Source: an uncultured delta proteobacterium
GTDB taxonomy: Bacteria > Desulfobacterota > WTBG01 > CAIYCZ01
DNA: 64,000 nt
NCBI GenBank assembly: GCA_963803975.1
Contig: CAWDOY010000001.1
Span: 64,001 to 128,000 of the forward strand
Direction of reading: 5' to 3'
Shown here piece after piece: positions 1 through 9,015 of the stretch. The translations under genes and the position numbers were made by a program. The notes under the pieces are model-generated. The model searched no databases. It was given only the letters and a program-made list of their open reading frames with translations, and was not told where the DNA came from. How positions within the stretch are numbered: position 1 is the first letter of the stretch; each line of letters starts with the position of its first letter.

Positions 1-2
1 AT

Positions 3-134
3 GACGGGCTCATGGCGCTTCTCAGAAAACGGCTCACCGACGGGGAGCTTAACGAAATCTTCTCGCTTGTGAGCAGGCTTCTGCAAAGCCACCTCGCGGA
101 AGAAGAGTACCATCGCTATTTCATAAAAGAGTAA
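3..134 (+). CDS. 3' end of a small conserved cytoplasmic protein (truncated by window start)
   Basis: Open frame DGLMALLRKRLTDGELNEIFSLVSRLLQSHLAEEEYHRYFIKE* ending TAA at 132-134, immediately upstream of the next gene. Confidence 0.65.
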   Translation, partial: DGLMALLRKRLTDGELNEIFSLVSRLLQSHLAEEEYHRYFIKE

Positions 135-154
135 TGCCGGGAAAACTGCAGGCT

Positions 155-817
155 ATGAAAATAACTGATCATGTCTGGCAGGTAGGCGGAGACAGCCTGA
201 CCGGTTCCGGCGATGCCGCGATTTATCTGCTGGCCTTTGATAACGCGGCTGCTCTCATTGATGCCGGGTGCGGGAATGGCCACCAGCAGCTGGTACAGAA
301 TATTTCTCAGTGCCTGCCGGCAGCCGCAAAGATAGAATACCTTTTCCTCACCCACTGCCACTATGACCATGCGGGCGGCGCTGCAGCAGTCCGGAAGCAT
401 TATGGCTGCGCCATTGCAGCGCATGAACGTGATGCAGAGTACCTTGAATCAGGTGACAGCAGGGTAACTGCCGCACAGTGGTACAACGCGTACCTGGAAC
501 CATTAGCAATTGACCATAAAATAAAGTCAGCAGAGGAGACCTTCAAGCTCGGCAGCAACAGCATCATTGCGTATCACTGTCCCGGTCATTCGCCCGGCTC
601 CATGGTGCTGGTAACTGAAGTAACGGGGAAGAAGGTTCTCTTCGGACAGGATATTCATGGCCCTCTCCATGATGACCTTCTTTCCAACCGAAGGGACTAT
701 ATAACGTCTCTGAAGTTTCTCCTGGGCCTTGAGGCGGACATTCTCTGCGAAGGGCACTTCGGTATTTACAGAGGCAAACAGGAGGTGCGGGAGTTCATAC
801 AGTCATTTCTGCGCTGA
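155..817 (+). CDS. Metallo-beta-lactamase-fold hydrolase
   Basis: THCHYDH (HxHxDH), PGHSPG, GQD and CEGH metal-binding motifs; alternative start at 134. Confidence 0.9.
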   Translation: MKITDHVWQVGGDSLTGSGDAAIYLLAFDNAAALIDAGCGNGHQQLVQNISQCLPAAAKIEYLFLTHCHYDHAGGAAAVRKHYGCAIAAHERDAEYLESGDSRVTAAQWYNAYLEPLAIDHKIKSAEETFKLGSNSIIAYHCPGHSPGSMVLVTEVTGKKVLFGQDIHGPLHDDLLSNRRDYITSLKFLLGLEADILCEGHFGIYRGKQEVREFIQSFLR

Positions 818-889
818 AGAAGAGAGAGGATGAAAAATTAATTGCAGCAAGGGCTCTTTTTTAGTACATTTCACGTTCTGATAAATCAC

Positions 890-1046
890 TATCAGGTTGT
901 TGAAAAAGTAGTTTTTTCCAGGCTGGTCAAAAACATACAGATGCAAGGCGCGCGAAATCCTGAGGAATGAGGCGTACTGTGCTGTACGCCGCAATGACGA
1001 GGGATGAGCGCAACGAAGCAGATGGATGTTTTTCAACAGCCTGCTA
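890..1046. mobile_element. MITE-like non-autonomous element with terminal inverted repeats
   Basis: TATCAGGTTGTTGAAAAA (890-907) matches the reverse complement of TTTTTCAACAGCCTGCTA (1029-1046) at 16/18; a partial inverted copy lies at 27022-27080. Confidence 0.75.
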
Positions 1047-1090
1047 TACAATTCACCAGTACCGCTACCAGCGGATAAAAGGAGGCACGT

Positions 1091-1738
1091 ATGAAAATCA
1101 TTCTGTTAGGCTCACCGGGAGCAGGCAAGGGCACCGTATCCAAGCTGCTGATCGCCCATGACGGCTCAGCGCATATTTCAACCGGAGACATGCTGCGCAA
1201 TAACGTGAAAGAGGGCACCCCTCTCGGCAAAAAGGCAAAAGAGTATATGGACCGCGGCGACCTCGTTCCTGATTCCCTGATCATGGACATGATGGAAGAG
1301 CGGCTGCAGGCGCCTGACTGCAAAAAGGGTTTTATCCTGGACGGGTTTCCCCGCACCATTCCCCAGGCCGAGTCCCTCGGCGGGCTGCTGAAGAAGCTGA
1401 ACCTTGCCATTGACCTCGTGGTCAACATGGAGATCGGCAAGCAGGTGGTGCTGGACCGCCTCACCACCCGGCGCACCTGTTCCAACTCGTCATGCCAGGC
1501 AATCTATAATGTGAAGACAATGCCGTCCAAGAAGGAAGGCATCTGCGACAAGTGCGGCAGCCCCACCATCCAGAGAAGCGATGAGACCGAGGAGGCAATC
1601 CTGAACCGCCTTGCGACCTACAACAGGCAGACCGCGCCGTTAATCGACTATTACAGCAAGAAGGGCAACCTGCTGACTATTGAAGCAGTAAGCAGTGATG
1701 GCGTGGTAAAAGCTATTGTTGGTGCTTTGCCGAAATAG
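1091..1738 (+). CDS. adk: Adenylate kinase with Zn-binding LID
   Basis: GSPGAGKGT P-loop, HISTGDMLR, GFILDGFPRT, LID Cys motif CSNSSC...CDKC; GGAGG RBS. Confidence 0.97.
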   Translation: MKIILLGSPGAGKGTVSKLLIAHDGSAHISTGDMLRNNVKEGTPLGKKAKEYMDRGDLVPDSLIMDMMEERLQAPDCKKGFILDGFPRTIPQAESLGGLLKKLNLAIDLVVNMEIGKQVVLDRLTTRRTCSNSSCQAIYNVKTMPSKKEGICDKCGSPTIQRSDETEEAILNRLATYNRQTAPLIDYYSKKGNLLTIEAVSSDGVVKAIVGALPK

Positions 1739-1763
1739 CCATAGTATTGAATGCTTGAAGTTC

Positions 1764-1809
1764 TGAGTTTGAGGGCCAGCGCGGGTCTAATCCCTGGCCC
1801 TCAAACTCA
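1764..1809. other. Perfect 16-bp intergenic stem-loop
   Basis: TGAGTTTGAGGGCCAG (1764-1779) / CTGGCCCTCAAACTCA (1794-1809), 14-nt loop, no U-tract. Confidence 0.7.
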
Positions 1810-1821
1810 TCATCACGGAAC

Positions 1822-2304
1822 ATGAAGAGCGCGAGGCTGTTTATGAAAGATACTTTGAAACCGGGACTGTCCCTTGAATTCAAATATACGGTTCCGGAAA
1901 ATAAAACCGTCCCCTTTCTGTTTCCCGAAGCCCCGGAGTTTCTGGTCATGCCCAATGTTCTTGCCACCGGGTTCATGGTCGGGCTTTTTGAGTGGGCGTG
2001 CATCAAGCTGCTTACCACCCATCTTGACTGGCCTGATGAGCAGAGCGTTGGCACCGGCTTTACCCTGAACCACCTTGCCGCGACCCCTCCCGGGCTGACG
2101 GTGAACGTGAAGGTGAAGCTGGAGAACGTGGAAGGCAAGAAGCTCTCCTTCTCCATTGTGGCGGATGACGGCGTTGATAAAATATCCGAGGCCACCCACG
2201 AGCGGTTTGTGATTAATGCCGAGGGCTTCAATAAGAAGGTTGCAAAAAAGCGCGCAGAGGTTTTTGAAAAGTTCAGTAACTTCGGGTTGCCGCCAAACCG
2301 GTAG
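1822..2304 (+). CDS. Hot-dog thioesterase, fluoroacetyl-CoA thioesterase (FlK)-like
   Basis: VLATGFMVGLFEWAC, SVGT...HLAATPPG and HERFVI give the Thr/Glu/His signature of FlK-like enzymes; start may be 1843. Confidence 0.85.
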   Translation: MKSARLFMKDTLKPGLSLEFKYTVPENKTVPFLFPEAPEFLVMPNVLATGFMVGLFEWACIKLLTTHLDWPDEQSVGTGFTLNHLAATPPGLTVNVKVKLENVEGKKLSFSIVADDGVDKISEATHERFVINAEGFNKKVAKKRAEVFEKFSNFGLPPNR

Positions 2305-2314
2305 GCCCGGGACG

Positions 2315-2818
2315 CTACCAGTAACGCCCCAGGGGAACGTAGCGGTACTTGTACAGATCTGAATTGGTATCAATATCATAGCCGTTGTATTTAAGGCGGT
2401 TGAGATCAAGCCCGTCTTTCATGAGGTCGCCCCGGGCTGTCACATCCCCTCCCCGCGCCCGTGCCGACAGCGCCAGATCAACCGCGGTGGGGTCCGGATA
2501 GATCCGGTACTTGTGCTCATAGCAGCGCAGCTTTTTCCCTTCTTTTTCCAGAAGCACATACCAGGTATAGAACCCGCTGCTGCCGTAATAGGTAAGCGGC
2601 GCGGACAGCTCAATCTCCCTGCCTTTATAGCGGTCGAAGTGCTCTGCGATATCTTTAAGTGTTGCTGTAATTACAACGTGCTTGTCTTTATACTGCTGCT
2701 GGTTTTTCAGATAGGTATCCAGGTCCACCCGCACCAGTTCTTTCTGCATGCAGCCGGTCACCGCCAGCAGCAAGATCGCTGCATAGATAGAACTCTTTAT
2801 GTACCGCACCAGCTTCAT
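2315..2818 (-). CDS. Hypothetical lipoprotein
   Basis: Signal peptide with lipobox-like LAVTGC; start at 2818 preferred because the upstream extension is heptamer repeat. Confidence 0.7.
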   Translation of the reverse strand: MKLVRYIKSSIYAAILLLAVTGCMQKELVRVDLDTYLKNQQQYKDKHVVITATLKDIAEHFDRYKGREIELSAPLTYYGSSGFYTWYVLLEKEGKKLRCYEHKYRIYPDPTAVDLALSARARGGDVTARGDLMKDGLDLNRLKYNGYDIDTNSDLYKYRYVPLGRYW

Positions 2819-2865
2819 ATAATCTTTCCCGGCTTTTTCACCTTCCACCTTTCTCTTTTCCCCTT

Positions 2866-3579
2866 TCACTTTCCACTTTTCACTTCATACTGTCCCAGCT
2901 CAAGAACCCTTTTGGGAGTGCCCGGGGGCCCTTCAGGGCCTTCATATTTTACCAGGTAGTGGGGGGGCGCTGCGCTGTACCACAGGTTCAGTTTCGGCAG
3001 GAACGCTCCAATGAAACTGCTCATGCCGAATTCAAGCTTGTAGCAGTCATACGTTTTATCCTTGATGGTCACTTTTTCAATGCCTTTGTCGGTGAGCGTC
3101 ATGGTGTAGCTCTTCTCGTTTCCTTCGCCGTAGTAGCCGATTTTAAGGGACGGCAGCTTGCCGAAGGGATAGCCGCGCATGAGGTACATGAGAATATTAA
3201 AGTCAGCGATCTTGATTTCCCCGTCCTTAAAGGTCTGCTTCTCGCTCACCACCTTCAGCATTGAATCAAGGGTGGCGTCAGGGTATTTGCGCAGGGTGTG
3301 AACAGAAATGAGCGCCATGGTTTTCCTGTCAAACTGTATGACCTTGTCCTGGCGCTGCGAGAGCGAGGTTATTTCATACAGCTCCCGGCCGCCTTCGGTT
3401 TTAACGGCAACCGTATTTTCTACAGTGAACTTATTGTCGCCGATCTTTGAGTCATATACTGCACGCTCGCCATTGGGGATCTGCGGGTCGACAAGGGGCG
3501 TTTCGGCCAGCGCTGTGCCTGATACCATTACAGCAGCAATGACCGCTGCAATGAACAAACGATTTTTTAAGAATTTCAT
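2866..3579 (-). CDS. Exported hypothetical protein (possibly DUF3108-like beta-sheet protein)
   Basis: Signal peptide MKFLKNRLFIAAVIAAVMVSGTALA; EKVTI..KTYDCYKL and LWYS...LVKY pattern. Confidence 0.65.
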   Translation of the reverse strand: MKFLKNRLFIAAVIAAVMVSGTALAETPLVDPQIPNGERAVYDSKIGDNKFTVENTVAVKTEGGRELYEITSLSQRQDKVIQFDRKTMALISVHTLRKYPDATLDSMLKVVSEKQTFKDGEIKIADFNILMYLMRGYPFGKLPSLKIGYYGEGNEKSYTMTLTDKGIEKVTIKDKTYDCYKLEFGMSSFIGAFLPKLNLWYSAAPPHYLVKYEGPEGPPGTPKRVLELGQYEVKSGK

Positions 3580-3644
3580 GCCGTGTTCCTTCTCCGGAAT
3601 CAGACTAAGATTATCACCCCGCAATGCCTTCCACAATGCCGGGG

Positions 3645-4171
3645 TCATTCAATTACTATGACCTGCAGCGCATCCATGATCGCTCCCGCACACAGGGCAT
3701 CCCGAATGTACCTGAGGTCTCCCTTCAGCCTGGGACTTCCCTTGACTGCAAACTGATCAAGCAGCGATACCATGTCCTCGACAGCCTGCTGCCTTATTGC
3801 TGCCTCACCGGTATAGAGCAGTGTTTCAACGGACGGCAGAAGCTCGTCCGCGACTTGCTTTTGCCTGCGGGCAAGCACAGGGTTTAATGCCAGCAGCAGA
3901 GACAGCTCCAGCGAGTTGTCGTAGAGCCGGTGCGTAATTTCCCTGCCGGCCTCAGTGTTGTTTAGGACCTCGTTTCTGAAGGTTCTGAGCAGCAGAGGTT
4001 GGCATCCTTCTGTTCCCCCCAGATTTTTGCGTATGACTGCGGCCAGAAACTGGCAGTGGCCTGGGTAACAGCATCTACGCCTGCCTGCGTATGCAGAGGA
4101 GACAAAAGCGGCGAGACCATGATGGTCATAAGCGCCAGCAGGATAATTCTGTAACGCACAGTGCTTTTCAT
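3645..4171 (-). CDS. Exported protein with CFI-box-CTERM-like domain, frameshifted near 3995
   Basis: Joining frames gives signal peptide + WPQSYAKIWGEQKDANLLLRTFRNEVLNNTEAGREITHRLYDNSLEL..., resembling the LRxFRDxxL motif. Confidence 0.6.
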
Positions 4172-4225
4172 AACAGCTCCTTTATACAATCAGTTAGAAC
4201 CACGGCGACCATTTCATCTTGACAG

Positions 4226-4504
4226 CTATTTGTTTACTTCAACCAGCGTGCCGCTAATGAACTTGTGAATTATGCTGGAAACGTAGGTCTGATACGGAAG
4301 CCCCTCTTTGACCGCTTTTCTCTGCAGTTCAACAAGGTCCCTTTCGGATATCCGTATGTTCAGCCGCTTATCCTTCTTCAGGGTATTCCGGGCATACTGG
4401 ATCAGTTCCTTTTTCCTTTTCGTGCTGTCCGGCGCCGAAACCCATTCTCCGTCCTCAAAACTTTTAAGGATTTTATTTTCTTCTTTTGACCGTTTCGCCC
4501 TCAC
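4226..4504 (-). CDS. BrnA/CopG-like antitoxin (RHH domain)
   Basis: KDKRLNIRISERDL...EGLPYQTYVSSIIHKF; GTG start after GGAGG; only a toxin C-terminal remnant (SIASRKATEKYFGG) upstream. Confidence 0.8.
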   Translation of the reverse strand: MRAKRSKEENKILKSFEDGEWVSAPDSTKRKKELIQYARNTLKKDKRLNIRISERDLVELQRKAVKEGLPYQTYVSSIIHKFISGTLVEVNK

Positions 4505-4800
4505 GTGGTCCTCCAAAATATTTTTCAGTTGCCTTCCTGCTGGCGATACTTTTCTTAAATTATTACATTGTGAGCATTTTAGCAACAAACATGTTACTGC
4601 GGATTATCAGTGGGTTGATTCTTGTGTGGTCAAAGATGGCGGGGTGAAACTGTTCCAGCGCCCTGCAGGAAGAAATAATCCAGTAGCAGATTTGATTCCC
4701 GTTGTTTATCTGACACATGAAGACGTGACTCCGCCATTCCTGCATGCAAAGTATGCATGGCTACGTCTCTTTAATGCTGAATTGGAAAAGAGTGGACAGT

Positions 4801-4930
4801 GGGTGTGTTGAAAAAGTATCCTCCTGGTCAAATTTAAGGATATTAACATTATGTCAAACGAGGAATAACGACCAGTTAGAGATTCTTCGCTGACGCTCTT
4901 AATGATAGTTCGAGGTTTTTCAACAGGCCC
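4801..4930. repeat. Second MITE-like element of the TGTTGAAAAA end family
   Basis: GGGTGTGTTGAAAAA (4801-4815) and TTTTTCAACAGGCCC (4916-4930) are inverted repeats at 13/15; internal GAGATTCTTCGCT motif. Confidence 0.55.
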
Positions 4931-5148
4931 ACAGGCATCTATTAATAGGCTGTCGCTCCTGTTTTACTGAAATGTATGCAAATATTATTATTGACTCCCA
5001 TTATAAGCCAACCTATAACCTTTTTACCATATTAACCGGGATTTTTAACTTAATCGAACCAATCGTCATATATAGCAGCTTCGACATAATGCAAACCCTG
5101 TTCTTATGTTAGTCCTGTCGTGAATCATAGTAAGGGTATCAACTATTA

Positions 5149-7536
5149 ATGAAAACTACACCACTGACACGCGCACTCCAAGTGTTCTTACTGGCAATGG
5201 CTACCCTTATTCTTGAAGTGTCATTAACTCGAATTTTTTCCTTTATTACCTACTATCATTTTACCTATCTGGTGATCAGTGTGGCGATGTTAGGTTTTGG
5301 CGCAGCCGGCACCTATCTGACGATACACAAAACCGAAGACATTTCCTCCGACGGAGAGTTCCTCGCCAGCAATGCATGGTGGCTGAGCTTAAGCACGATT
5401 GCTTCAGTAGTTATTATTTCACGAATCCATTTCTATCCGGCTGATTTGTATCTTTACCGGGATTATAGCAACCTTTTCTCGCTCCTCATCATCGTTCTTG
5501 CAGCCGGCGCACCCTTTTTCTTCGGCGGAATATGTATCGGCTACATCATCAGTAATGCAGGCAGTGCCATCAACAGCGTATATTTTGCTGATCTTGCAGG
5601 AGCAGCTACCGGCTGCTTACTGGCCCTGGTGCTTATCAATTACCTCGGCGCTATTGCAAGCTGTTTTGCTGTTGCGGTCATCGCCATGGCAGTCGCAGCT
5701 TTTTCAAGCCGCCATAAGCAGCGACGGTATCTGGGAGGCTTACTCATTTCCATACTATTAACTGCTGTGATTGCGTACACAGATTTTTTTACACTATATG
5801 TGCCTCCGGATAAACATATGTTCAATTTTCAACACATGATTGAACGCATCAAGTGGCACGTGATCACCCGCCTGGATGTTTCGCAACCCATCGAAGATAA
5901 ATGTTCATTTGGTGGAGGACTATCCCTTCAATACAAAGGTGCACCGCAGAAAGTACGTTTGATCTTTCAGGATGGATCAAATTTGACCGGTATCATTAAC
6001 CCGACTCCGACACCTCTTGAGACCGCATCCTTAGGGTACTATATGCAAGGGGCACCGTATCAGGTAAAACCTCATGCTGAGGCACTGGTAATAGGATGCG
6101 GGGGCGGTGCAGATATTTTAATTGCCCTGCACTATAATGCCAAATTTGTTGTCGGGGTGGATGTAAATCCTCACATGATTGAGCTCATAAAGGAGACCTA
6201 TAAAGATTTTGCCGGCAATGTTTTCCAGCGCAGCGATGTTGAATTAAATGTTTCAGAAGGCAGACACTTTCTGAGCCGTGACCGGCGTACATTTGATGTA
6301 ATACAGCTCAGCGGAGTAGATACCTGGTCAGCCCTTTCTACGGGCGCCTATGCCCTTACCGAAAACTTCATCTACACCAGCGAGGCTTTTGATCAATATT
6401 TAGCTCATCTCAAAGAAGGCGGTATCGTAAATTTTTCACGCCCCTGCGGAGACCAGTTAACTGAAACACCGAAGTTAGCTGCTACAGCTCTCGACGCGCT
6501 CGGGCGTATTGGTGCATCCAATCCATCTCAACACCTTGTCGTGGTAAAGGGAATGGGATATGGTTCTGGCTGGCCGTGGGCTCAAACCCTGGTCAAGAGA
6601 TCACCGTTCACTCCAGCCGAGGTTGAGAAATTAACAAAATGGACTCAGTCAATGGGCTTTGAGGTGCTCTACGATCCTTACACCGTACGAAAAGGAGAAT
6701 TGGAAACCCTCATTCGGGCAAACCCCGGGGAGAGAGAACGACTTATTGCACAGCACTGGCTTAACATTCGTCCAGCCACTGATAATGCTCCCTTTTTTTT
6801 CCAATTTCATCGCTGGAGAGATGTGCTGAAAAGAAATTCTGCGGGGGGAAGACTGGCGCAATTTATTTTGCTGGCAAGTTTTGTTCAGGTCGCTTTTCTT
6901 AGTGGAATACTTATACTATATCCCCTGTATCGCAGAAAAACGATTGCCTCTCAGCCTGGAGGCCGTACAGGTATTTTCACCTTTTTTGCTGCGTTGGGGT
7001 TGGGATTCATCATTGTTGAGATTACACTATTACAGAAGTTTATGGTGTTTCTGGGCGGCCCTACCTATTCAATGGCTATTACACTGTTCACTCTTTTGCT
7101 CTTATCAGGCATCGGAAGCTTTCTCTCCCGTAATCTGTCTGAACATCCCTTTAGACTTCTCCGCGTCGTGATTCCGCTTCTGGCTGTGGTCATATGCCTG
7201 GAGGCCTTTTCCCTTGATCGTATAATGGCCAGTCTAATGAATCTCTCACCTTTGTTAAGATGTTTAGCAGTGATAATACTTATTGCACCCCTGGGGTTAT
7301 TGATGGGCATACCTTTTCCGGCTGGATTGCGATATGTTGATCAATTCAGACCCGAACTGAATCCATGGGCATGGGGAATTAATGCATGTGCAACGGTAAT
7401 GGGTTCCGGGTTTTGTATATTCATCAGTTCTGCACTGGGTTTTCGTTCAGCACTTATTTTCAGCTCAGCAGTTTATTTAACCGGCTGGTTTGTCCTGTCA
7501 ATTTCCCAAAGAAATAAGTCCCTCAAGGGACTTTAG
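5149..7536 (+). CDS. Membrane-bound spermidine synthase-like / class I SAM-dependent transferase
   Basis: N- and C-terminal TM bundles flanking LVIGCGGGAD, VDVNP, EGRHFL...FDVIQLSGVD; PATDNAPFFF; WAWGINACATV. Confidence 0.85.
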   Translation: MKTTPLTRALQVFLLAMATLILEVSLTRIFSFITYYHFTYLVISVAMLGFGAAGTYLTIHKTEDISSDGEFLASNAWWLSLSTIASVVIISRIHFYPADLYLYRDYSNLFSLLIIVLAAGAPFFFGGICIGYIISNAGSAINSVYFADLAGAATGCLLALVLINYLGAIASCFAVAVIAMAVAAFSSRHKQRRYLGGLLISILLTAVIAYTDFFTLYVPPDKHMFNFQHMIERIKWHVITRLDVSQPIEDKCSFGGGLSLQYKGAPQKVRLIFQDGSNLTGIINPTPTPLETASLGYYMQGAPYQVKPHAEALVIGCGGGADILIALHYNAKFVVGVDVNPHMIELIKETYKDFAGNVFQRSDVELNVSEGRHFLSRDRRTFDVIQLSGVDTWSALSTGAYALTENFIYTSEAFDQYLAHLKEGGIVNFSRPCGDQLTETPKLAATALDALGRIGASNPSQHLVVVKGMGYGSGWPWAQTLVKRSPFTPAEVEKLTKWTQSMGFEVLYDPYTVRKGELETLIRANPGERERLIAQHWLNIRPATDNAPFFFQFHRWRDVLKRNSAGGRLAQFILLASFVQVAFLSGILILYPLYRRKTIASQPGGRTGIFTFFAALGLGFIIVEITLLQKFMVFLGGPTYSMAITLFTLLLLSGIGSFLSRNLSEHPFRLLRVVIPLLAVVICLEAFSLDRIMASLMNLSPLLRCLAVIILIAPLGLLMGIPFPAGLRYVDQFRPELNPWAWGINACATVMGSGFCIFISSALGFRSALIFSSAVYLTGWFVLSISQRNKSLKGL

Positions 7537-7574
7537 AAGGAATAAGAGCAGCGCGATCATTTATAAAAATTTTT

Positions 7575-8040
7575 TTACCTTCCAAGGGTGTTTCGCATGC
7601 GAAAGGTGCATTTGCTGTCGCCATCGCACATCCGGCGAGGCTCGGTAAATTCTCCCAGTTCCCTGGTTACTGCTTCCGTTGTCACCTCCTCTAATGCATG
7701 ACAAAACTCATTATCAAGTCCCCTTGTTTTAGACTCTTCAAGAAACGGGCAGTACGTAACTGAATATTGAAACTCATCAGGCTTAACATAGTCCAGTCTC
7801 GGTTACAAGCCCGAACATCCGGTCTGACATTCCGGCAAAGCTCGACATGGTTTGAAACGACAATCCCTTTGCCATGTCATTAACGCGCTTGTTTCCTCGC
7901 TCAAGTATCTTTTTGAATATATCCATACCCTTGCTGCCAAGGCTCTCCTTCAGCTCCTCAAAAACATCAAGCTTGAAGCTGACTATATGTTTTTGAAGAA
8001 AAGCGACCTGCTGTTCTGCGGGAATGTCATGTGTCGGCAT
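7575..8040 (-). CDS. ATC-hydrolase/V4R-like small protein, frameshifted near 7800
   Basis: Second frame reads ..YSVTYCPFLEE..FCHALEE..RMCDGDSKCTFRM*, the CP..C..GDxxCxF pattern; GGAGG RBS before 8040. Confidence 0.6.
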
Positions 8041-8250
8041 AATCTTCCTCCATTTGTTAACCGGCTGTTGAAAAATACCCATCTGTCCCGGCATGGCCGG
8101 GATTACGCTTATTGCCGATTGCGCTACCCCCCGGTGTCCCCCCTTTATAATTGTGCCATTTGGCGATGAGGGGTCAGATTTTTTCTTCCATGAACAACCC
8201 CGAAGCCCTGCGGCAGATGAAGCAATTCTCTGGTTGAGAGAGGATTGCTG

Positions 8251-8292
8251 TTGACTCGCATGATAAAAAGGTGTACAAAAATAATGTACACC
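8251..8292 (+). promoter_or_regulatory. Sigma70 promoter with overlapping palindromic operator of the TA operon
   Basis: TTGACT (8251)-17 bp-TACAAA; inverted repeat GGTGTACA-N7-TGTACACC (8270-8292) over the -10 region. Confidence 0.7.
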
Positions 8293-8307
8293 TTTAGGGA
8301 GGCTTAT

Positions 8308-8544
8308 ATGCAGGAAATAAATGTAAAAGAGATGCGCAGTAATTTAAGTGCGCTGCTGGAACGGGTCGAGCGCGGTGAAGAAATTGTCATTACCCGCCAC
8401 GGGAAAAAAATTGCCCGGTTGATATCGGCACGTAAAACCGCGGTATCGTTACCCAGCCTTGCCGAGTTTCGTTCTACGATTAAGGTAACGGGTGAATCCC
8501 TGGGTAAAACGGTCGTTGCTTTAAGAAATAAGGAACGCTACTGA
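8308..8544 (+). CDS. Phd/YefM family antitoxin
   Basis: NLSALLERVERGEEIVITRHGKKIARL; TGATG coupling to the toxin. Confidence 0.9.
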   Translation: MQEINVKEMRSNLSALLERVERGEEIVITRHGKKIARLISARKTAVSLPSLAEFRSTIKVTGESLGKTVVALRNKERY

Positions 8545-8969
8545 TGCTGTATCTGGATACCAGCGTTTTAACAGCCTATTACTGTCCTGAGCGAATCAGC
8601 CGGAAAGTTGAAAAGATTATTCTTCACACAAAGCAACCGGCCATCAGCTATCTTACCGCAGTTGAACTGGCCTCAGCGCTATCAAGAAAAATCCGCGACA
8701 AACAATTATCTGTTGCGGATGGAAACAAAATAATAGCGCAGTTCCATGCGCAGGTTGAGCAGGGGCTCCTGCTGTGGATGCCCGTTGAATTTCAACACTA
8801 TCAAATAGCCAAGGGCTGGATCGCCCAGTTTACCACACCGCTTAGAACCCTGGATGCCCTGCATCTTGCCGTTGCTTCCCAGCATGGTCTGACCCTTTTG
8901 ACCGCTGATGTCCAGCTTGCAGAATCAGCCGGTTTTCTGGGTGTAAGCGCACAGCTAATCAGTGAATAA
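8544..8969 (+). CDS. vapC: VapC PIN-domain toxin
   Basis: YLDTS, ELASAL, LRTLDALHLA, LLTAD PIN acidic motifs. Confidence 0.92.
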   Translation: MLYLDTSVLTAYYCPERISRKVEKIILHTKQPAISYLTAVELASALSRKIRDKQLSVADGNKIIAQFHAQVEQGLLLWMPVEFQHYQIAKGWIAQFTTPLRTLDALHLAVASQHGLTLLTADVQLAESAGFLGVSAQLISE

Positions 8970-9015
8970 ACAGAAATATTCCGGGGTTTCACCTCTATCC
9001 TTGCTTAACTAACCA

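Noticed and set aside
134..817. Metallo-beta-lactamase antibiotic resistance gene
   Set aside because: No signal peptide; the motifs fit generic cytoplasmic MBL-fold hydrolases
803..1051. 82-aa ORF overlapping the repeat element
   Set aside because: It is a translation of the MITE sequence, with no independent coding evidence
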